A DNA stretch of 61,796 nucleotides, the filler included, from Sphacelaria rigidula (Eukaryota): NCBI GenBank assembly GCA_964200075.2. It is 8 parts of 8 records of this genome, joined end to end, with 100 filler letters (N's around TTAATTAATTAA, not from the genome) between each part and the next. Parts side by side here need not be neighbours in the genome. Positions count along the whole stretch, not along the records: positions 38,688 to 46,324 come from CAXNAA020013996.1; positions 46,425 to 54,060 come from CAXNAA020013997.1; 6 more parts are not named here. The stretch is one strand, 5' to 3'. The position numbers and the translations under genes are program-made. The notes beneath the pieces were generated by a model. That model was given only the letters and a program-made list of their open reading frames with translations, was not told the origin of the DNA and did not search any database. Below are positions 39,188 to 52,879 of this stretch, in pieces; the stretch's first letter is position 1, and each line of letters begins with the position of its first letter.

Positions 39188-40079
39188 CTCTGGCATGCAG
39201 CTTCTCCGTCTCGCATAGCATATACTCCAAGAAACTCGCATCCCGCCCATAGATGTCCTCCACACCTTCCTTGTGCAAGCGGAACGTGCGATCGGCATAA
39301 ATCGTAGGGTTCTGCCTGAACTGCTCCCTCTCGATGAGCGAGAATATGATCGTCTCCTCCTGCCGGATCAACGAGCTGCGCACGCTATCCAGGCTCCTTG
39401 GAGCTACGCAAGGGCTAGGGCTCGTCGACGCTGTCTCGGCTCTTTGACGCCTCGTCACCGTCGGTGCGGGCCCCGCGGGCTGGGTCAAGACGTCTACCTT
39501 GCCGATGCTGCTGTCGGTCCGGTCGATATGTCTGCTGTCATCTACAACAGTAGCACGCTCGACTTTTGAGGGGGGTTGTTTCGTTTGCTGCTGCTGTGCC
39601 GCGCTCATGGAGGTAGTGCCGATAGTGCTCACTACCCCGCTGATCCCATTTTGCAACGTCGCTCCCGCCGCATCAACGTCGCCCACATGCAACGTTTTCG
39701 TAGTAGCAGATGAGGCGAGTGACGGTGGCTCGGTCGCACCGTCCTTATCCCTGCCTGCAGCAGCGGCAGCAGCAGCAGCAGCAGTATTTGCAGCAGTAGC
39801 TGCTAGAGCATGCTTACAGCCAAGTGAGGCGGTGGTGTGAGTTGGACAAGGTCGGCTACTGATAGATACTGCTCGGAATGCCTGTTGCAGAAACTCCTCT
39901 GCCTTGGTGGAGTGATGATGCCGGTGCACAGAGGGAGACTGGAACGAAGTAGCCGACATGCTGTTAAGGCCCTGTAAACAAGGACCACTAAGGATCAGGA
40001 GGAAGAGGGAGAGCGTCGAAGAACGAGGAGATGAATGAAGCAGTAGACGCGGGGCTCGAGCGTTGGACGACGGCGCCAT
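39188..40079 (-). CDS. Chorismate mutase (eukaryotic AroQ, Aro7/plant type), first exon with a long N-terminal presequence
   Basis: SLDSVRSSLIRQEETIIFSLIER.QF..N..IY...SFLEYMLCETEKLHAR matches the recalled plant/yeast CM N-terminus; ATG at 40079; phase-1 donor G/gtgagg. Confidence 0.9.
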
Positions 40080-43000
40080 TGCTCTCACGTGAACAAGGGT
40101 ACAGTAGAGTACAGTAGAGTTTATCGGAGACCCGCCGCCCAAGGAGAACACGCTGCAGGCAAGAGCACCGCCAGCAGGTCTGATCACTCAGGCAAATGTG
40201 GATAGGTGGTTTGTTCGGCACTGCCTTCGCGCATTTCAGCGGTTCGTTCTACGAACAGTGCAGTAAGAATTCGTGCTGACTGTAAGCCCGAGGGTACACT
40301 CTACCTCCCTGTAGCTGTGCCACTCCGCTGTACTCCGCTGCACACCCTGTACCCGCTATATTCTTATTTGCCCGCAAACTGTAAAGTGGACATTCCAGCA
40401 GTAGTTGTGGGTGAACATGCAGCAAGGAGGGGGCGCAGCTGGCGATATCTCGTCAAGAATGGGCGCCCTGCAGGTTGTGAGTACGTTATTTACTGCCCTC
40501 CCCCAGTAACTTTGATCATATGCCATGTTTCTATCCTGCAACAGCATGCCAGATTAGCTTCTCTACTGTATTGTAGATACTGTGGTGGCTTGCATATTTA
40601 GGTGACGGGGAGTAACACCCCTGACGACCCCTTCGATGCTGTATTTCCACCTCGATTTCATGTTGAAACTGTGGCAGCTACGCCGTGCAGCTTCGGCGTA
40701 AAAATAAATCTCAGTGCGAAACGTCCAGTAGAAATTTTATACAATGGCAATATCTCTCGGGAACGCAGGTTCCCGCTGCTCGAGTTCCTCGCTGCTTGAT
40801 AATCAAGGTTGCAACTCTGTGGAACAGGGGGTGCTATACTCCGTCATCTACGGGTCATTACAACAGTAACACGGTAAAACCCAACTACCGAGAAGCTTCG
40901 GTTTCATTACATATGCAGAACAGAGTTGTCTGTGGTGTCAAAAGGGAAATGGTGGTATAGTGATGTACACATATTGCGTTTCACGCGCGCGATGTCAGGG
41001 GGGAGGGGGGGCGACGGTCCCGATAACGTCCAAGGTCCAGGGACCTCGAGTCCGTAGAAAATAACAAAATAACTTTCCATGTGCTTGATACGCTTGGTGA
41101 TTGATGATGAAGTATATATATACTGTAAGATATAAATACCAAGATACGAGTCGCCCCGAATAAGACTGCGATCAAGGATCACGTTCGAATCATGTTGTAC
41201 TCAGGGATGAGGGATTGGCAATGTTCCATCAATGGATCATGACTGAACAACAGGAACTAAAAAACGGGGATGGTGATAACGTGATAACCAACGCCACCCG
41301 TGTTGACTCGACTTTGTAAAACTGTTCGTACATGCAAACTGAGGACCCGTGGCGTGTCGGGAGTGTCATTCGCCATTACTGATGCATTTTCGGGTCGTGA
41401 TCCAGAATGTCGAACCGTATCTGAACACAGAGGCGGCGAAATATGGAAAAGTAAACCTACACAACATGATTTTCGCCTACAGCAGATGACCGTACGGTTG
41501 ACACAGAGAACACCAACAGCACACTACTCGGGGCAACAGACTCTCACGGTCATAACCCAGAATGTACCGTGATGTAGGAGCCACGGTGTCTGTCCGGAGC
41601 AGGTAGCAGGCAATCAAACAGCAGCTCTCCTTCATCCCCTGCTTAGATGCGGGCTTGACTCTCATTATGTTCCCCAAAGAAAACACATCGTACCATCACC
41701 TGTACTTTATATGGACTGCCACCATCGCTGTGGATAGCGGTACACCGGCGTGTAATGTTCTCGGCTCTTTTTGGCACCATAGCGGTACCGCGAGCACCGC
41801 ACCACTTACCCTGTACGAGCTCATAAGAGTAGGGCGGCGTGTGCACGGCGCCAAGTTGGCAGGGGGGTTCTGTGGGTTGAACTTTCACACTAGCTTGAGC
41901 AAAGCTTTCGGAACGCTCGAGGCGCCTTTCCCATATGACCGCCACGTGGTGGCCTAGCCGAGTGAGTCTCCGGGTAATCGCCACACGAACCCGCTCGCGG
42001 GGTAAGTGTTGGCTGAGGCTTCCTTCAAGAAAGAAAACGATCCTCTCCCCCGTGAACATCACTCTCTAGTGGTGGGCCTTCGGGCCTTCGAAAACTCCAT
42101 CATCCTTGAGTGGCGACATCTTGTTGTACGATATATGCTGCTGCTGCTGCTGCTGCTGCAGTCACTGAGATTTTTTCAGACAGGTGACCTCCACTACAGT
42201 GGGGGTATAAACAATCGAAGTTGCTACGTACAGCAGTTCATTGCACAACGAAGCTCACCGATCGGTTTCGTTTTCTGGCCTGTCCTTTACACGAGCACAT
42301 GCATGCTCCAGGGTTATTGTCATTTCTGCATCCTGCCCCAGAAGTCCCATTTCAAGCAAGTGTTCTGGTTTGTGTATATTTCCCTTGGGTTCGCTCATCT
42401 CGTGACGACGACCGTAGTCGTGGCGGAGCAGTGAATGTGCGACAACCAACCAATCTTCAGGAAGACAGCATCACTCTATTCTGTCGCGCGCGTGGAGTGC
42501 GGGGACCCACTTGGGCGTGGGAGAGGATAAATCGTATGGCCTCGTTGGTTGTCCATGGTATCTTTCAGCATTCTGCAGAGCCGTCAGGTTTTAGAGTACG
42601 ATGCAGCAACTACTTTACAACTAGCTACCGCACCGTCGCTCTCCCTTTGCGATGATGGACCTCTGACGAACAAGCGGGTGCTGCCGGCTTGATGCTCGTT
42701 GCCCGGTATTGAGGTAACATGTGTGGACTTGTGGCGCATTTTCGCCGTTGTCGGTGACTCAGCGAAGTCTGTACATTTTTTTTATCGGTCGCCACATGCT
42801 AATTGCACCGACAACAACCAACCTGTCCTGACCGCAAAAAAAAATAGCATATGTCGTGATGACAGCCGGCCTATCTCTCGCCAAGAATGGATCCTTCGAA
42901 AATGCCACGCGACGACCTCGTGGCCCGTTTCGCGGCTTTACGTACAGGCCGGTCTCATCGCTGGGCCCCAAAATGTTCTTCCGGCGCAAATAGGACAAAA

Positions 43001-43844
43001 ATAGCGGCAAAAAGTTAGCAGGTTGCATGCAACCGTGAAGCCAACCTGGAGTGCATCGGGCGCGCTGAGTAACGATCCAGGCCCTTTCCGTCATTTCACA
43101 CAATCCTAGGACAACTCATGCGCCTACGGCAACCCTCAACCTTTCCTCTCGTCTTTTTTATCCCATGTCTCGCCCGGTACCCCAACTTGCCTTGTAATTT
43201 ATTGTCCAGTATTGGAGCATGACTTCACCACTCCCGCACCCCGTCCACTATCATTGATTCTGTCGTTAATTCGCGTGTTTACGCTCTCCGATGGTGTAGT
43301 TGTGCGACTGTCTCCATTAGGATGGAGAGACTGTGCGTTCGATTCCCCATGCATTTTTTTTTTTTTTCGAAGTATCTGATTTCGACCGTCGACAGCATGA
43401 GTACGTGAGTCAACAAGAAGTAGTTGACGAGGTGCGGGAGTGCTAATAGTCATGACCCAATCCGCGAGACCAAAATGCAAGGCGTGTATCGGGGAGAGAT
43501 GGGTTGATCCCTTGAGACCACTGACTCATCCCGAGGAAGGGGAGGGGTTCAAAAGTGCGACAAAAAAAAAATACTTTCCACGTTAGACAACAGTAAAATT
43601 GACCATTACTTTAACGGTCGGAATTCAAAACCACTACTGCTACTCCGCCCAAATTGGCCGACTATACACCTCTGAGTCATTTTGATCACTGGTCTGACTG
43701 ACGGCTTCGCGTCAAGAGGATGTATTTTGCTACTGAACGGTTAGCATGTTTGTGGTAATATCTTCGATTTAGTTCGAAGTGATGTAGTGGGTGTTCGCCT
43801 TTTTTCTTTCTTTCTTGTACGTGTTGACGCGACTGAACGCCAAG

Positions 43845-45068
43845 GTTCATGCAGAGGCGAAGGTGCCAATGGAGGAAGACGGAATGGACCAAGACGAGGC
43901 AACCGTTGCTACAGCTATTGGGCCGCAAGAGAGGCGGCGGTTGACGCTAGCCTCCATGTCTGCGGAAGATATCGTGAGTGAAGGAATTGTCCTTGTACCA
44001 TCCAAACGACTCAGGCAAGCAACAAATGAGTACGCCCTCCCCCCCGCGCCCCCCAACGCGTGCAGAAGCACACAGACAAACGTCTGCCGAAGTTTAAACC
44101 AATGATTCGCGACTGTTGGGCGATGGATCGTAGGAGTATTGGTATTATAATGCTCGGGGAATACGAGAGGAAGAAACAAGGAAGTACTATCATTTAGTCA
44201 CCAGCGTCGGTGCCCCCGAATAGAGAGGAGTGGCGGAGCTGCTCGGTTGTCGCGCCGGTTGCGTGAGGGTTACCGTCTGTCGAGGGTCAGCCGATGATAC
44301 TAATGTATTGTTCCGAAGTGAAGTTTAAGTGTGGCGCCGACGGGGAAAAGGTACGGCGCATACGGCGGTGTGATTGAGTTGAGTCCACGCGTCGTGCTCC
44401 AGCTGAGTGTATATTGAGCTCGGTACACACCACGTGCGTCTTTGTGCAGTAATTTTCATGTCCCCTTGTTCAAGCCATTCGTTTTGGTTGTGGGCTAAGG
44501 TACGCCGCAAGTCATGCGTTGCACACCCGACCCTACCCCCCCGGTGCTCCGTCTCGAAAGTGATGTGTGGTCAATGGTCAAACGACTAAGGCTACCAACA
44601 ACAAATGAGTACCCCCCCCCCCGGTCATATGACTACGGCATGCAAGGTCATGAGTTCATCGCCCCCCCCCCGGCCCCCGTCGCACTGTACTACCACTGGA
44701 TCACCATGCAAAGGTGCTGTGCGTAGATGTTGGTCCTGAAATGGGCAGCGAATGGGCGGGAGCTGGGCCGGGGGGTGCGGGCACAACTAGGCTGCGTGTC
44801 GTGCAGGCGGCGCTGGCGGGGTACGTCCGGCGAAAAAGCACGTTCAACCATAAGGTAGGGTCTATCGTGCCTAGGCTGTGTGGCGGTGCTGCAGTGTGCG
44901 GCACTGTATTATACTGTATGGTCCGGTACGGTACGGTACGGTAGTATGCTTTTTTTGTTGTTCCATTTTTTTGTGCGTTTGTGCATGTGCTGTTCATGTT
45001 TTGCTTGCTTGCTGTCGTTGTTGCTCCTTTCATTTATTTTCATCTGAAAATCCAATGCCTGTCGTTTA

Positions 45069-45099
<31 letters not shown>

Positions 45100-45250
45100 T
45101 AATTTATCGCTGTCGTTTTCAACAAAAAAAAATCACGTTCGTCGCGCGCAGCATCGGTTCGCGGTAGTGTCCTTCGGGGAGAATGTTCAAGTGCTACGCA
45201 CCATGACGTCGGATGTGAGGAGCGTGGTGGAAGCGATAGAGCGCCTGGAG
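43845..45250 (+). CDS. BABAM1: vWA-domain protein resembling BABAM1/MERIT40/NBA1 (exons 43845-43973, 44714-44854, 45152-45250; partial)
   Basis: Phase-0 splicing gives AEDIVLCVDVGPEM...TRLRVVQAALAGYVRRKSTFNHKHRFAVVSFG...TMTSDVRSVVEAIERLE, resembling plant MERIT40 (EDILICIDV...K..INPDHRFA...FTSD). Confidence 0.7.
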
Positions 45251-46249
45251 GTGATTGATTCGACGCTTGGCATATAATGGTTCGTTTATTTTTTCCTCCT
45301 ACGTTGTCTCTCGGGGGAGGAGAGGGGAGGAAAGGGGAGGGGGGGGCTTCGAGCACATATCTCGTCGATTTTTTCATGCTCACCATTGTTTTTGTTTTCC
45401 AGTAAGAATAGGCAACGTTGCACATCCTGGACAATATGTATTGAATAGTTGCAATAGACAATAAATGTACTGCATAAAGTATGGGCCTATTGCAACTATT
45501 GTCAAACCGACAATACCGACAATAAGTACATTAGGCCTATACTTTCCGCAGTACATTTTGTGTCTAATGCAACTGTTGACCATGTATTGTCGTTGTCCAG
45601 GGTGTGAGATGTTCACCCGTCGGCTCGAACCCTCGAAGTGCAGTTTTGTTCTTGTTGTGCATGAACTTCATTCGTGTGTGAGTGTGTGAGTGTTGATTGA
45701 TTGATTGATTTGATTACCTCACATTAGCTGATTGCAACAATCCAGCCCGCGGTCAGGAGCAGCAAAAATAGAACAGAATAATAAAAGAAAAAAGAAAGGA
45801 ACAGAAAAAGACAGAAGCAACGGCCTCAGCAAGGAAAGAAATAGGGCGGCGATAACAACAAAAACACCACCACCACCACCAACACCAACAACAACAAACA
45901 ACAGCAGCAGCAATAACAAAATAACGACAAACAAACACATACACAAACTCAAAAACAAGCACGAACAACACAAAAAGATGATGATCGCGCATCACGTAGC
46001 TGATTGCAACTGAGAGTATCAGTGTGTGTGTTGGTGTGTGCCTTCTTGTTGCTTTTGTTTTTGACGCATTCCATAGACGTATGCATGGATGCGTAGATCT
46101 TTATTTTTCTTTGCATTCCGTAATGTCCGATCGTACTGCCCGTACTGGTCTGTTTTTTTTTGTATGAAATTCTGCGAGGGTCGGGCGGATGGATCGTCGT
46201 TGCTTCGAATCACGCAAATCCACGATTTCTGAGGCCTGATTGCTCGAAA

Positions 46250-46324
46250 TATTATAATTATAATTATAATTATAATAATCATAATCATAATCATAATCAT
46301 AATCATAATCATAATCATAATCAT
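46250..46324. repeat. (ATAATT)n/(ATAATC)n microsatellite at the contig end
   Basis: Seen directly. Confidence 0.95.
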
Positions 46325-48189
46325 NNNNNNNNNNNNNNNNNNNNNNNNNNNNNNNNNNNNNNNNNNNNTTAATTAATTAANNNNNNNNNNNNNNNNNNNN
46401 NNNNNNNNNNNNNNNNNNNNNNNNCTGTTACAGGCCTTTGGTTGATACCGACGCCCGCGGCCCTCCAATGCACCCCCTCCCCGCTTTTCCCCCTTACCCC
46501 CCCCCCCCCCCCCCCCCCCCGCACCCTTTCCCATCCTGACTCGAAGCTGCGGCGGGGAAGCGTATATCTCCCCCTTGCACACCACCGCCGCCGCCTCCAG
46601 CCTTCTCAACAAGGAAGTATCTGGAACCCAGCCCGCTGGCTAGCCTCCCGCCGGCAAATGTCTTGCGTGGAGCACGAGATGGCGATGTTGGCAACATCGA
46701 TTGAGCGCAGCAGGAGAATATATCATGCGATGCTGTCGGTGGTGGCGCAGCATTAGAGGTGGAGACGGCAGCGGTAGGCCTGCTGCCACTGTACTATCTC
46801 ATATTCTTGCCTTTGATGCCGGTCTGGGACGTTGATCGGCGCCTTCATAGTTTTTGGCGACCGACAGTAGAGTGGCTACGGGCAATATGAACGCCGCTGT
46901 TGGATCTTGACAGATAACATATACGAATCATTGAGCCAACAACGCCCACCACGCTCTGTGCGCTGCCGTAAGCAAGCGATGCTGGAGTACGGTAGTGCCG
47001 CGCTGGTGCGAGGCTTGTGCGAAGCGCTGTCATATCATCACATTTCACTCTACTCGTATGCTTCAGACCCGCGGGCACAGTCTCAGATTCATGATTCTTC
47101 CACTAACTTATACTGTATTCTTGTGTCATGTTCCAGTGAAATCGGGCCGCACTGCTGCTTGTCTCAGCAGGTCAGCCTAAACAAACACACAACCCACTCA
47201 TCATTGAGCAGATCCTCGAAAACCAACAGCATCAAACCCTACCGAATACGATATCAGTATTCGTCACCCAGGTATATAGCTACACGCAACGGATTACGAT
47301 CGGGAGTGTTCGGCGGGCGAGGGATCATGGGGAAGGGCATGCTGAGGCGCGCGGAGGGCGAGAACGTGAGTTGTGACGTTCTGAGCACGCCGTTGATTTC
47401 GTCCTTTGCGTTTGTATCGATTGGGATGGTACTCTGCTATTGCGTGTGCTTGTTGTTGCGCATCGGCATACTCTGGTCTATGCGCCGGAAGTCGTGCACG
47501 CGATACTGTGGGATTCTTTGACTGCGATAGTCAATTCGAGTCTCACGCAACGCAACATGCGAACGTTCTGTAATGAGTTACAAGCCTTAACGGCGCAGTG
47601 ACAGACGACTGTTGCGCTGTGCCCACACTGGTGGCGGGTGTAGACTTCACCCCAGACCATCTGCGCAGACTACATACAAACACGGTTAGTGCGGTGTGAG
47701 TGAACCGTGTATTTACTGCTGTGAGGTAGCTTGGTTCGCAAGTAGAAGGCAGCGGCGGGCGGGGGACCTGCTCAGCTACGGGAGCAGTATGCACAGTAGC
47801 AAAACGCAGCACGAGATCTTACAAATTGAGGACTTTTCTTTTTGAGGATGAAACTTGGGAACCTTTAAAATAGAAATGCACTTCTGTATCCGGCCGTGAT
47901 GTGTGGCCTCGCTCGTCCTTGAAAAATAACACCCGCGATTTGTAAAGTCCCGTGTTAGCACGGGGATTCCGATAAATGACAACAGTTGTTTTTTGTACGG
48001 GAACAAACGGAGGTCGAAATCACTCGGGATGAGGCCGCTTCTCACGGCAGACGTTGAGGAATAATCTGGAAAAGCGCCTTCTTGGAGCTTCTACGTCGTT
48101 TCACGCCCTACAATAGAAGAGAGCGAGGCGGACTTTGACACCTTGGAATGCCTTGCTGTACGTGTTGAGACGTTTCGAGCACACCTGTG

Positions 48190-49744
48190 CGTTTTCCCGG
48201 TCGCGTGTGTGTGTTGTCTAATCTATTCTGGACACCAGTCTACACCTTTCGGTATATGTGGGCGCACCAGCCGGGGTCACCCAGGAGGAAAGCCGACGGA
48301 GGAGTTTTTTCCTGGGCTCTGTACGTTACACGTCACACTTTGTGACGTATGAAAAATATACGTCACATCACGTCACATTTTTTTACGGGTAGGGTACGTT
48401 ACGTCACACTTTTGATGTATTAAAAACTTGTACGCTACGTTACGTCACAGTAGCGTATTTTGAAACGTTTCCTGTACCGTGTAACGTATTTTATACGTTA
48501 CACGTCATGTCACACGTCGCACGTCACAATTAACGGTACACGTCATATTTTTACATGTTTGTGACGTCTGAATGAACGTCACAACCGTCACACGCTCAGC
48601 TTGTACCACAATTAGTGTGAAATTGGCATATGTGATACTACTCGTGACGTATTAGAAAGTTATACGTTACGTTAAGTCACGGTGACATATCTTGAAACGT
48701 TTCCTGTAACGTAACGTGTAACGTATTTTACACGTGACACGTCACACATATCGCTACACGTCACATTATTATGCTTTTGTGACGTTTGAATGTACGTTAC
48801 AACACGCTCAACTTGTACCACAATTAGTGTGAGATGTGCACATCATGGCCTGGGCGCATGTTGGTATCTATCTCACTATCTGGTTATCGTGCATCAATCA
48901 CGTACTCATGTATTCCTTTGAAATTGCAACGTGTGAGTCAGGGACGCATGGGCGATACACAAGCTGAAACGCATTCTGACATGTCAACATAGCGAGCAGA
49001 ACGCGCCTCATGCTTGAAGAAGGCAGCCGTGAACCTCCCGTACCAAGTTGCGGTACATGAAACGTTGCAACGTCGTATGTGGCGTTCATTTGCCGTCAAC
49101 ACGGTCGAAGCGTAATGTTTCATTTTACGTTACACGTCACAAACGTAACGTACATTATTCGTTACACGTCACAAGAACAATTCAAAACACGTCACACGTC
49201 ACAAACGCATTGTTCCGAAATGCGTTACACGTCACAAACGTATAGTAATGTAACGTGTAAGGTATAAAATACGTTACAACGTTACAGGAAACGTTTCAAA
49301 ATAGATTAATGTGACGTGCAAGAAAATACGTCACGTCACGTCACGTCACGTCACATTCGTGACGTATGGAAAAATTGAACGTTACGTTACGTCACATTTT
49401 TTCACCGGTACGTTACGTTACGTCACACCCTTGTGACGTACGTTTGTGACGTGTAACGTGTAACGTGTAACGTGTAACTCTAAGAGCCCTTGTTATTTCT
49501 TTTTACCGTTGTTTCAGTACTCCACCTTCCTTCTGCGGTGCATGCCTTATTTTTTTATCGCGACAGGGCAACCTTTCCCTCGTCGACCGTAAAGTCCACT
49601 TTTGTTTACCCACGACGTATTCGCTCTTCACTGTTGGGCATGGTGTGAAAAAAAATCCCAGATCGCGTGACTGCACCGGGATTCGAACCCATGATCCAAC
49701 CGTCAGCAGGGTCCGAGGTTACCAACTGAGGCACCGGGGCGACC
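48190..49744 (-). mobile_element. tRNA-derived SINE interrupted by a hAT-like insertion
   Basis: Minus-strand head ggtcgccccggTGCCTCAGTTGG...GGTTCGAATCCcggtg (A and B boxes). That the body resumes at ~48190-48311 beyond the insertion is inferred. Confidence 0.6.
48312..49491. mobile_element. 1.18-kb non-autonomous hAT-like element rich in CGTCACA/CGTTACA subrepeats
   Basis: Ends ctgggctct / agagccctt, flanked by a near-identical 8-bp TSD gttttttc (48304-48311) / gttatttc (49492-49499). Confidence 0.75.
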
Positions 49745-49749
49745 TGCAG

Positions 49750-49958
49750 CTGCACTTTTTCTCCATGTCCAAACTTTCATTTTTTTCGGAGACCGCTCAT
49801 TTTTCTCGGAGACCGGTCGTTTTTCTCGGAAACCGGTCAAGTCCAGACAAATCTCGGAAATTATTCTCGACTTGACCAGTCTCCGAGAAAAATAACCTTT
49901 CTCCGAGAAAAATGCAAGTTTGGGAAGAAAAAAACTGCGGCCAGGGGAAAAATGCACA
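49750..49958. mobile_element. ~200-bp MITE-like inverted repeat
   Basis: aaactttcattttttcggaga vs tctccgagaaaaatgcaagttt; tgcacttttt vs aaaaatgca. Confidence 0.5.
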
Positions 49959-50599
49959 GGTGTGCTGGAACCGTCTTAACGAGTACAGCAAGGCATTCTA
50001 AGGGGTCATAATCCGCTTAGCTCCCTTGTGTTATAGGCGTGAAACGACGTCGAAGCTCCAGAAAGACACGATTCCAGGGGGGGGGGGGGGTTCTCATTTG
50101 TTGCTTGTCTTAGTCGTTTGACCATTGACCATACGACTTTTAGGGCAGGGGGTTTGTCCGCCATGAGGAGTGACCTGAACACGAGATTCCACGATTCACG
50201 GAAGGATTCTTATGAGGATGAGCGAGGCAACACATCACAGCCCGAGGAAGCATTCGCGTTTCGTTTTCGACAATATTTTGATGCTTATGAAGGCTCCCAA
50301 GGTTCATCCTTGGAAAAATACCATCTTCATTTGATAACATCCCGTTTGACAACCAAATATTAAGTGTCCAAAGAGCGCCACGCATTCCTCTGCTCTGTTT
50401 CCTCTCACAGTACGAGGTTGGCCGGGAGTGTCTTGGCTCCATGTACGCATCATGGATGGATACCGTTTTTTACGATTTATTTTTGTTGTGATATTCCTTT
50501 CTGCCCGTCTGCACGACGACCTCTACACCTACATGCTGCTTCTCTGAAATTCGGATTTTGAACTTCAAGGGAGTCGATATGCGTCCGTCTACTGGCAAT

Positions 50600-51850
50600 T
50601 TTGGACTCCACCGGCATAGAAATTATAGTGTAGGTGGTGAACGCCCCAAAAACAAAATCATGTCGTGGCAAAGAAATCGATGGAAGAACTTGGTACTCGG
50701 AGTCTAATACAACAAACCCGCAGGTCATCTTGCTGGATCGTGTCTCGTAGAGCTGCCCACTGTGTCGATCACAAGGCGCACTGCTCTCAGCCTCTCAGTC
50801 GTGTGACTGACACAATCGACAGCCTTACGGAAAACGATCTAGCAAGATGTCCTGTGGTCTTCTTGTATTAGACGCCGAATGCGGTTTTCTTTCATTGGCC
50901 TGTTTGACACGGGATTATTCCCCTTTTGGACCGTTCGCCGCCAACACTGCAACTCACCCGTGGCCACATCATTCCTTCTCGCTCGTGGTACTAGCTATAG
51001 CTTTTGAGCAGAGCAGTGTGGCGCTTAGCTCGGCTTCACGGTTGCAGGTGATCCACCAATGTTTTTGCTATGCTTGGAACTGGCCCGAGGCAGCAAGGTA
51101 TACGTGTTAGCTTGTACTTGGCGCAGTCATCACCTTCTGTTGGCCACAGTTCGAAGATTCTGGTCACGTGTGTGCCATTCCAGGGCAGTGACTCACTCCT
51201 TCGCAGACGAGGACAGGTGTATACATATCTTGCGTCTTGTCCCACGTGTGCAATCTCGCAGACCACTTGTACCCCACAGTGACCAAAGTGTAACGCTTAC
51301 TCCTTTCTGGCCGCTGCGTATTGCGTTCCATCCGTGTGTGTACCAAGCCGGGTCTGACTCTGTGCCACTTTGTATTGCACTCTCTCAAATGGCCCGCTTC
51401 GTACCCGACTAGCGATGTACGGGGGAAGATGGGCTAACACGGGAAGTGATGTATCGCTGTCTTTTCCTGTGGGCTGTTGGTCTCGTCATCGATTTTTTCC
51501 TTGATCGGCGGTTTTGTGCTGTTTCCCAGTCTGTGTGTTCGCACCTGCTCTCCTGTACCGTGTCCTTGTGCATCACTTCTGTAGTCTCCTTCTTCTCTGT
51601 CCTCTCTGTTCTGTCCCCATCTCTCTGTCTCTGCATTTTTCTATCTCTGCCTCTGTATGTTTTTTTTTTCAGTTTACCCTTCGTGTCTGTCCCACCTTCC
51701 TGTTTCCTTTAGTGTCCTTCAGCGACTGTCTCCGTTTTGTTTTATCCCGGCTACGTCTATCCTGTTGTAACGAATGGATCCCTCATGTTGTAACGGCTGG
51801 ATTCCTGGGGGATCAATCGATGTGCGACTTACAATCAAATCAAAACAATC
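50600..51850 (+). mobile_element. Heavily decayed LINE 3' portion
   Basis: Frameshifted C..DEDR..H.L..CP knuckle-like remnant near 51170-51245, a pyrimidine-rich UTR, and a 3' end like that at ~19400-19460. Confidence 0.4.
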
Positions 51851-52879
51851 GAATAGAGAGCACGTCTTACGGCCCAGGCAGCAATTTTCAACGGGCATTG
51901 ATTGACTCATTGACTCATTGGCTCATTAACTGTTTCAAATCACATGATTACCTCCGAACCCAGCCGTAGTCGCCAGATATACAATCAGCCGGAGATCAAA
52001 TACCGTTGGCGGAAACACTCGCTGAACAAGAGTCGAGTATGAGAGCAAAACAGCGAAACTGAAATGAGCCCAGGTGTATGGGCCGTAAGGCCGTCTGCAG
52101 TGAGAAGCTGTGGGCAACTAACCCCCCCCCCCCGCGCGCCCCTCCCGAACTGCATTTATACGAATACAGCCGTACTTTTTCTGCGGTGCCCCTATATTTG
52201 CGGCGTTCATGCACGTGGTTGCTCTTGAACGCCGGTAGCCACCAACTCTACAGCTGAGCAGCCCTCTTTGTTCGCGCGAGCATCGCCTTCACCCCCCTTC
52301 CCTGTCGGTGACAATATACCGTGGAGTACTCCGTGGTCCCGAACCCCCGACTCGTCATGTACCGTTCAACCACCTGTTTCCAGCAGTCGATCTTGTGTTG
52401 ACCTGTGGTATCTTACATCTGTCCAAGGGTTTGAGGAAAACAACTCGAAACGGGCGCACAAACTGAAAACAATTTGTCTACTCGACCTTCTCGGGGTATA
52501 GTAGTAGAGATAGCATATAGTGCATACCGAGCAACAGAGAGAACAAGGGCCACCCTTTGGCAACGCCAACAGGTGCAAATAGAGGCACAGTATCCCCCTC
52601 GCTTTTCCAACACATCAGGAGATGACAACGATAAGGGGTAGGTATAGTACGAGCGTAGGGAGAGGAACCAGAGCCCGAATCGCAGTTGCATGAGTGAGGC
52701 GATTGATGGGAGGCACAACAGAGCCTACCCGAGAAGCTCATGACCATGGTTCATACATACGAGTTTTGTGTTGTATCGTTGGAACTTAGACAAGGAAATG
52801 AAGTCGTGCAGTCAGTTCGTTGTATTCATGCCAAGGCGGTACAGAAGAACAAGGACAAGATCACTCAAACAGCTTCTAT

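Noticed and set aside
49670-49744. Possible tRNA genes here and at 53135-53209 and 19828-19900
   Set aside because: A and B boxes are present, but I could not form a full cloverleaf, and the two longer ones run into dispersed repeat bodies, so they are treated as SINE heads.
46600-50260. Candidate plus-strand exons (~46601-46773, ~47272-47365, ~50144-50260) upstream of the CH-domain exon
   Set aside because: Splice-like sites exist, but there is no recognisable domain and no consistent phase chain.
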